From NCBI RefSeq assembly GCF_000143415.4, contig NW_003314408.1, forward strand, positions 110,934 to 174,933: a stretch of 64,000 bases of DNA, read 5' to 3'. The stretch comes from Selaginella moellendorffii (taxonomy: Eukaryota; Plantae; Lycopodiophyta). A model generated the notes under the pieces. The model searched no databases. It had not been told where the DNA came from and was given only the letters and a program-made list of their open reading frames with translations. The translations under genes were made by a program, and so were the position numbers. Below, in pieces: positions 56,692 through 64,000 of the stretch; positions within the stretch are counted from its first letter, which is position 1, and each line of letters begins with the position of its first letter.

Positions 56692-59370
56692 CTATCGGCT
56701 CATGGAATTACATACAAACTTTACAATGAGCGTGTAGATGTCTTGTACTCCAGGCTCTTGGCCATTCTCCAAGCCACGCTCAATTGTCACGAGCTCTTGC
56801 TTGGTCATGTCGATGCCACCCCTCGCCAAGATTGGCAACAAGATATCGATTGGAGAGAATTGCCTGCAGTGAGAAAAACGCGTTAAGTTAGCTCGAAAGT
56901 TTCTAAAAAAGAGATTTTGAGGAGAGATTTGTGTTTTACTCCGACGGATTGCCCTTTGGTAGCGTGAGCTTGAGATTGTGGAGGCCATCCTCGGGCATTC
57001 TCTCAATCGAAGAATTTAGCTGCAAAAGAACCATGAGAAGAGATGAATAACAAACAGTAAGGAAATATCACCTTGCAATAAGCTCGTCTATAATCCGACT
57101 GGGGGAAGGTACTGAGGTTTCTCTCCATGTACTTGAGCGTCCATTCGTCTGCCTGGAGGAGCTCAAACAAATGCCTGTGTATCTCTAGTTTCGCTCCCAC
57201 AAGCATATCGCTTGGTCCATATGGTCTCTTGGTCCCAGGCTTGGGAGGAGAGTCCTGACGATACAAAAACTTGCCACCAACAATACCGGAGTTTCTAGCC
57301 GGTGGCTCGTAGATGGCAATTGTATCGTCAGACAAGTAGTACTGCAAACAAAAACATGTCATTATCAAGATCTAAACAAATGACAGAAACAAATGGTAGT
57401 ACCTGAAAAACGAAGAGGCGACCTCTGTCAGGGCCTATAACGCGGTGATTTGCATCTTCTGCGAACCTTGCCGAAAAGCACATAATCTGTATATTCACGA
57501 GAGCGAGAAGGCGTCAAAAGGCACTTAAGAGCTTTCCAGTAGTCGTGTCTACCTTTCCGTCGTTGTTTAAGAACTTGTTGAAGTCTTTCATGGCCGCTTT
57601 TGGAATCAGAGAAATACAATTTTGCATACTGTCCGCGTCAGAACCATAGCCGTTGTATGGAGGAACTTCCATTCTGGCCAGCACCGGTGCTTTTTCCTGT
57701 AACGCAATTGTTCCATTAAAGCCGTGGCACACATCACAAACTGAAAGACACAAAGAGAGAAGGAAAGAAACGCTACCTGAACCGCAACAGGCTCCAGCAT
57801 GTCATCAGTAACTCCCCATTTCTCCTTGTAATATTGTCGGGTAAAATCATCGCAATCGTGCAGTAGCAAATCTCGACCGTAAATCGTCAAGAAGCTCCCA
57901 ATGTGCAAGTCACACTCGTTGTAGCACGAGGACTTGTGAACATGCTGAGCTCCAATATTCTTGCCTGCAACATGCTACAACTTTACTGCTCGGTTTAGTT
58001 CTCTTCTCCTTAGAAGATCTCACCTAAGAGGTCAGTTGGTATCTCTCGAGGAAGTTTCATCCTGCGCAGCATCATTGGAAACGGGTACCTCCCGTTATTC
58101 CGCTCGTGCATTTCCAAAATCTCTATCGTGTCATCTGCCAAGAAGTAATGAAGAACCTGAAGAAAGAAAGAAAAACAGCCATGAGAATCAGAAGAAAAGG
58201 AAATCCAACTTACGTATGGCCTACGTTCTCCGTAGACGGCCCCACGGTCGTCCCAAACGCAGAAAAATCTTAGAACCTTTCCATCGTTTTCCAGAAATTG
58301 TTTGTTTGCATACTCCTTGTGAACCTTGACACGATGACGCTCCAAGCTCTTGCGGTATGCGGACAAAGGTTCTCCGGGAACATCCTCCTCGTTGCCCACT
58401 TCAAATCTGTGCTTCATCAAATACCTCTGCAACACACATTAGTCACATCTAAGCACAAAAAGTGTTTTTGAGGATGTGTCTAACTCGAGTAAATGTGTCG
58501 CAGTTGCAAATCCGAAAAGTCCTGTCGTAGATAGTCAAGTCTGTGCCCAGGACAAAATCCTTCACAGACAAATAGCCACTTCCATCTTTCTTGGGGATTC
58601 TGTGCCTCTTCAGGAATTGTCCCTGCAGACAAAACACGTAACGAAGTTTAGAAATGTAGGAAAGTACAAATCAGCAAACCTGCATTAGGCCACTGTTGTC
58701 TTGGCGTGGTTCCTGTTGCATGCATCAACGAGAAATAGAGTTTATAAAGTGTTCCCGAAATCCACGAAAGTTAAGTTCCTCCGATGAAAGATTATTTGTG
58801 AATCACGGAAATGAAAAGAAATCCCGAGCACTCACCGAGACATGAATGCTTCCATCTTCCAGGTAGAAATAGATGGTGCATTTTCGAACTCTAAAGTTCT
58901 CGTCCCTCCTCTCGTTCACAGGCTCTTTGAAGTAGCAGTAAAATCTCAGCACCTGGAAGAAAGAACGATGAAATTTTACCAGTTTCTCTTCCAATTTGTT
59001 ACCTAGACCCCAGTTTGTTACCTGGCGATCGTACTTGAGCCACTTTGGGAGTGGAGTGCCCATCTCTACGTTGCAAGGCCCACAAACCCCGCCCTCGTAG
59101 AAATAATCGCGCATCTTCTCGCCCAGCTCCCGCCGGTGCTGCTTGCGCACCTCGGGATCGCGCACCTCCCGGAATCCATCCGTGAAGTTGAGATTTTGGG
59201 GCTTGGGCCGCCCGCATTCCTGCGAAATCCACCAGGCTTGTGCTTTGTGATGCCTGCGATCCTGTATGAAAATCCAAGAGCCATGGATCGCTGCTTACCG
59301 GTGGATGGCAGAAGGAAAATGCGGGAAGTTCAGATCCCTGTGGGCCGCAGCCGGAGTTACACCCACTCAT
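56692..59370 (-). CDS. EFHC1/EFHC2 (Rib72) DM10-domain axonemal microtubule inner protein (multi-exon)
   Basis: Three DM10 repeats. First: PKWLKYDRQVLRFYCYFKEPV...VRKCTIYFYLEDGSI...QGQFLKRHRIP. Second: QFLENDGKVLRFFCVWDD...LHYFLADDTIEI. Third: PPYNGYGSDADS...YYLSDDTIAIYEPPARNSGIVGGKFL. Confidence 0.92.
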
Positions 59371-59801
59371 GGTGGAAGAACCCTAATTGCTAGGGCCGAT
59401 TGAAGAGAGAGAGAGAGAGAGAGAGAGAGCGCTCTTCTTTTTGAATTTCAGCCGGCTGGGCAGTTAGCTCCGGACAACGATTCACATGGCGCCACGCCAG
59501 CGACATTCTCGCCACGTTGGCGGATTCTCCAGCCACGTTAGCTATGACATGGTCGCGAGACCTAGCTGGGCGGTTTAGTTACCGGCAAGCCTGCAATGGC
59601 GGAGTGGAGGAGGAGCCGCCGATTTTGATCCATCCGTCGCCCTCGTAGCTCTCTCTTGATCGCGATCGAAGGTACGCAATCCCAGCGCCGTGAAGTGATT
59701 GAGAGATGGATTGACATTCGCACTGGCCAGGCCGATCGAAATATTTTGGAGCCAGACCTAGGGCAGGAGCGAGAGCCCGGCGCTGATTTGGGGGAGCGAC
59801 A
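59371..59801. promoter_or_regulatory. Bidirectional promoter between the EFHC/Rib72 and CFAP20 genes
   Basis: 431 nt between divergent ATGs. Contains (GA)n at 59404-59429, three GCCACG motifs at 59490-59537 and GGCGGTT at 59569-59575. Confidence 0.6.
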
Positions 59802-60692
59802 ATGTTTAGGAATGCATTCCAATCCGGCTTCCTCTCCATCCTCTACAGCATTGGGTGAGAAATCGTTTCTATTCGTCAAAGATCTGTAGAGAGCTCGCTA
59901 ATGCATTTGCTCTGGACAGGAGAAAGCCTCTCAACATATGGAACGAAGAAGGTCTGATCCTTTCTTTGTGTCCTTCGGTCTTAGAGAGAGAACTTTGTTT
60001 CTTTACTCTCTCATGTTCTTCCTTTTTGTTGCAGTGACGAATGGCTACATCAAGAGATTGACTGACGAGGACATCCAGTCGAGTGTTTTGGAGATTCGCG
60101 GAACGAACGTGAGCACGAATTTCATCACTTGCCCCAAGGAACCAAAGACCACGCTCGGCATCAAGCTGCCCTTCCTGGTGATGATCATCAAGAACCTGCG
60201 CAAGTACTTCACGTTTGAGGTCCAAGTCCTCGACGACAAGAACGTCAAGCGCCGGTTCAAAGCCTCCAACTTTGAGGTACTTCCACGCTCACATCTGCTT
60301 TCAACCAGGTAATATAAACTTCTCACAAGTTTCTTTCGTTATCTTCCTTTTCTCTAGCAAAGCTTTCGTTGCTCACCTCCGTTCTTATTTCAGTCGACAA
60401 CACGCGTGAAGCCTTTCATCTGTACCATGCCGATGAGGCTTGACGAGGGATGGAACCAGATCCAGTTCAACCTCTCCGACTTCACGAGGCGCGCTTACGG
60501 CACGAACTACGTCGAGACGCTGTGCGTCCAAGTTCACGCCAATTGCCGCATCCGGAGGATCTACTTCTCCGATCGCCTTTACTCCGAGGAGGAGCTGCCT
60601 GCTGAATACAAGCTCTTCTTGCCAATCCAGGTAACTTGCTTGATATTGTTTCGTTTCCTCTGCTCTGATCACCAATCGGTTAGAAAACGTGA
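59802..60692 (+). CDS. CFAP20: Cilia- and flagella-associated protein 20 (BUG22)
   Basis: [18 protein letters not shown]|RKPLNIW...[40 protein letters not shown]...[68 protein letters not shown]|KT*. Confidence 0.96.
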
Positions 60693-61164
60693 CTGACCCG
60701 AGGAGAAAAGAACCTGCTGTCATCAAGTTTGCAATTTTGTTTGTCATTCTTTGATTTGATTTGATTCCACGCTTCTCAATCTTCTCAATCTATACCCGTC
60801 TGATCACACACATCTACGTTGACGCTCGTTTCAAGGTTTTTGGACGAGCTGCTGCTCTACATGTTAATCTCGTGGCATTTGACAGCACCTCACTTTGTGA
60901 GATAGCAAAGCATACATGTACTAATTATTGTATCTGTTCTGGGCAGAATAGAGAGTAAAGGACTAAAGTATAAACTCCAAGCCATGTCTGGCCTTGTCAT
61001 TCCCAAACTTTTATCCTAACCATTCTCAACACTTCACTATGCTCAATCCATTTGCCTCATGCATCACAAGATAATAAGGCATACATTACCAAAGGTAACT
61101 TGACACCACAAGCATGCATTTTAGTAGCTTAACTTAAGAATACTCAAGGTTTTGCTTGACAATA

Positions 61165-61239
61165 GGAGGATTTTAGGTAAAGCTGGATGGGAGATGGCAC
61201 ACTGAAAATTTAGAAGACCTTTGTAATCTAGCAGCCCCT
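61165..61239 (+). repeat. Dispersed repeat, copy 2 (copy 1 at 29491-29569)
   Basis: Shares two conserved blocks with copy 1. Confidence 0.85.
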
Positions 61240-61834
61240 GGCAGTCACCCATATATTCCTAAACAAATCATAGTTGTACTGGGAGAACTGCACTAGCTAT
61301 TAAGAGAGAAACAGCACATTCCAAGGTCAGTGATTATGGTTATAAACTGCTAGCTTTGGACAAGAATCAATAACTAGCAGCGTTCTCCCTCACTAGTTCC
61401 AAGAGGATCACAAGAATAATCTTCAAGGCTCCAGAAAATACAGTTTTTGTGTTTACTAGGATTTTTATTCAAATAAAATTACCCAATCCCGATACGATAT
61501 TCTAGGATAGTTTACTATCTCACAGTTGTTATTCACTTAGATTAATCTTGTATTTATAATTTATAAACTTTTTAAAACCCTTTCTAGTACATTCTTTTTT
61601 TTATTCTATCATCTAATGGTTGATATGCAATAAGATTAATCTTGTTTTTAGAAATAACAAATAAATAACACTACTATTAAGTAAACTAAGCATTGCAACA
61701 CATAGTAAATTATTTTAAATATTTTATAAATTGAATAATCTGTAAAAATATAATCATTATAAAGCTATATTCTGATGAATTGTTAAAAACATAAGATTTT
61801 AGAATTTTTTTTTAATTCCCCATAAAACTTTATT

Positions 61835-62756
61835 NNNNNNNNNNNNNNNNNNNNNNNNNNNNNNNNNNNNNNNNNNNNNNNNNNNNNNNNNNNNNNNNNN
61901 NNNNNNNNNNNNNNNNNNNNNNNNNNNNNNNNNNNNNNNNNNNNNNNNNNNNNNNNNNNNNNNNNNNNNNNNNNNNNNNNNNNNNNNNNNNNNNNNNNNN
62001 NNNNNNNNNNNNNNNNNNNNNNNNNNNNNNNNNNNNNNNNNNNNNNNNNNNNNNNNNNNNNNNNNNNNNNNNNNNNNNNNNNNNNNNNNNNNNNNNNNNN
62101 NNNNNNNNNNNNNNNNNNNNNNNNNNNNNNNNNNNNNNNNNNNNNNNNNNNNNNNNNNNNNNNNNNNNNNNNNNNNNNNNNNNNNNNNNNNNNNNNNNNN
62201 NNNNNNNNNNNNNNNNNNNNNNNNNNNNNNNNNNNNNNNNNNNNNNNNNNNNNNNNNNNNNNNNNNNNNNNNNNNNNNNNNNNNNNNNNNNNNNNNNNNN
62301 NNNNNNNNNNNNNNNNNNNNNNNNNNNNNNNNNNNNNNNNNNNNNNNNNNNNNNNNNNNNNNNNNNNNNNNNNNNNNNNNNNNNNNNNNNNNNNNNNNNN
62401 NNNNNNNNNNNNNNNNNNNNNNNNNNNNNNNNNNNNNNNNNNNNNNNNNNNNNNNNNNNNNNNNNNNNNNNNNNNNNNNNNNNNNNNNNNNNNNNNNNNN
62501 NNNNNNNNNNNNNNNNNNNNNNNNNNNNNNNNNNNNNNNNNNNNNNNNNNNNNNNNNNNNNNNNNNNNNNNNNNNNNNNNNNNNNNNNNNNNNNNNNNNN
62601 NNNNNNNNNNNNNNNNNNNNNNNNNNNNNNNNNNNNNNNNNNNNNNNNNNNNNNNNNNNNNNNNNNNNNNNNNNNNNNNNNNNNNNNNNNNNNNNNNNNN
62701 NNNNNNNNNNNNNNNNNNNNNNNNNNNNNNNNNNNNNNNNNNNNNNNNNNNNNNNN
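61835..62756. other. Assembly gap (N run)
   Basis: 922 consecutive N. Confidence 0.99.
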
Positions 62757-64000
62757 TAACTATTTATATTACAACTTAGTAGCCTCCACATTTGACTTCT
62801 AAAAATTTTATTCGAAGGTTAATTTGTTTTGATTATAATACTTTGAAAATTGGTAATTATAAATGCTAAATTATTATAAATATATTTATTTTATGTTCCA
62901 TCATATAGGAGAAATATGTTCTTATTTGTAAGTATCTATGACATCACTATAGACAGAAATCATGTAAGAGAAATTGTCAAGCCTCACAGATGTTTTAAGT
63001 GATTAGTATGAGTAAGATTCTTTAGAATATTCTATTGAAGGGTATATCCCTTTTCTCCTTCTCTAGTTAGGGTTTTTAGTTCTCACAATTGAGATTGAGC
63101 ATGAGTTCAACAAGGATTTTATTTCTTTGCTTGTAATATCCTTAGTTATTAAAATATATTTAGGTAATGGTTGTGATGGATTTGTAGGTTTTAATATGAA
63201 TTTCTCTCCAAGTCATTGCCTACTTACAGTGTCCCTTCTAGCTTGAATTGCATCTAAAATCAAAGATGAGGGACAATATAAGATTAATTCTTCTCAGATT
63301 GTTGTCACATATTTGTCACTTCTTTGTATATGCTAGAGTGTATTTTACTGTCAATATCTATGACAGAATTCAAACCTTATATTTCTACTAATGAGATTTG
63401 AATTTAAAACTATTGTACATTCCAGGATTAGTATGGACGTACACCTAGGTTTCTAATTAGCTTGGAGATAGAGCAATTTGTAGGAACAACAATAGAGCAA
63501 TTTGTAAAACCAAAGGCTAGAAGAAATGAATATGACTAATATTTATAATATGATATTCATAATATAATTCATAATGATATTAATAATATATCATAATTCA
63601 TGAAGCCATCATAAAATGACTCATTCATTTTATGATATTCATAATATGATAAGAATATTTAAATGTAATATTCATATGATTTCTCTCTAAGTCATATTTA
63701 AAATAGACTTCTCTCCAAGTTATGAATATGACTAACAAAAACTTGAAGGTTAGAGTTTGACTAAGAATGAAAACTAATGTGTTGAAAAGTGTTGAGAATT
63801 GATATAAGCGAACTTAGAAAAAAGGAAATTAAAATTAAGCATTAAAGATATTGTTCAAGAGTTGAATAATATACTTTGGCAATCCATGAAAATATAAAAT
63901 GTCCTTGTATATAAAATTAATTAATTGCTCTCCATCAATCATCTTCTAATATAGTAAATGTACACTTTTGGAAAATTAACTAACCACAATAAAGATAATA
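62757..64000. repeat. Very AT-rich intergenic/repeat DNA with short atatgatattcata-like repeats (about 63520-63680)
   Basis: Low GC, no ORFs, and repeated atatga(t/c)at(t)cataat words. Confidence 0.5.

Noticed and set aside
61799-62791. 330-aa ORF in the track
   Set aside because: Artefact of the N gap.

Overview
Eukaryotic, gene-dense land-plant nuclear DNA with very short (about 40-70 nt) GT-AG/GC-AG introns, intronless PLS-class PPR genes and flagellar genes. This combination points to a lycophyte, most likely Selaginella moellendorffii (inference). About 21 intact protein genes can be reconstructed: SCAR/WAVE, a PLP-transferase-like protein, a UGT, a CBE1-like eIF4E binder, TL20.3, a P-class PPR, FKBP19, a small HTH-like protein, organellar uL18, a cyanobacterial-type CofE/F420-0:gamma-glutamyl-ligase-like gene, purple acid phosphatase, a SWAP splicing factor, NLP, a nucleotide-diphospho-sugar transferase, an LRR protein, three PLS-E PPRs, PPT, a multi-TM protein, EFHC/Rib72 and CFAP20. 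There is also a kinase-like pseudogene, an AT-rich decayed retroelement block (about 28.2-36.5 kb) and an AT-rich tail with a 922-nt N gap. The most notable item is the CofE-like gene at 22.5-24.5 kb. It is split into many short exons, so the ORF track largely misses it, and it may be an amide ligase linked to plastid peptidoglycan (hypothesis). Family assignments come from recalled motifs, not database searches.
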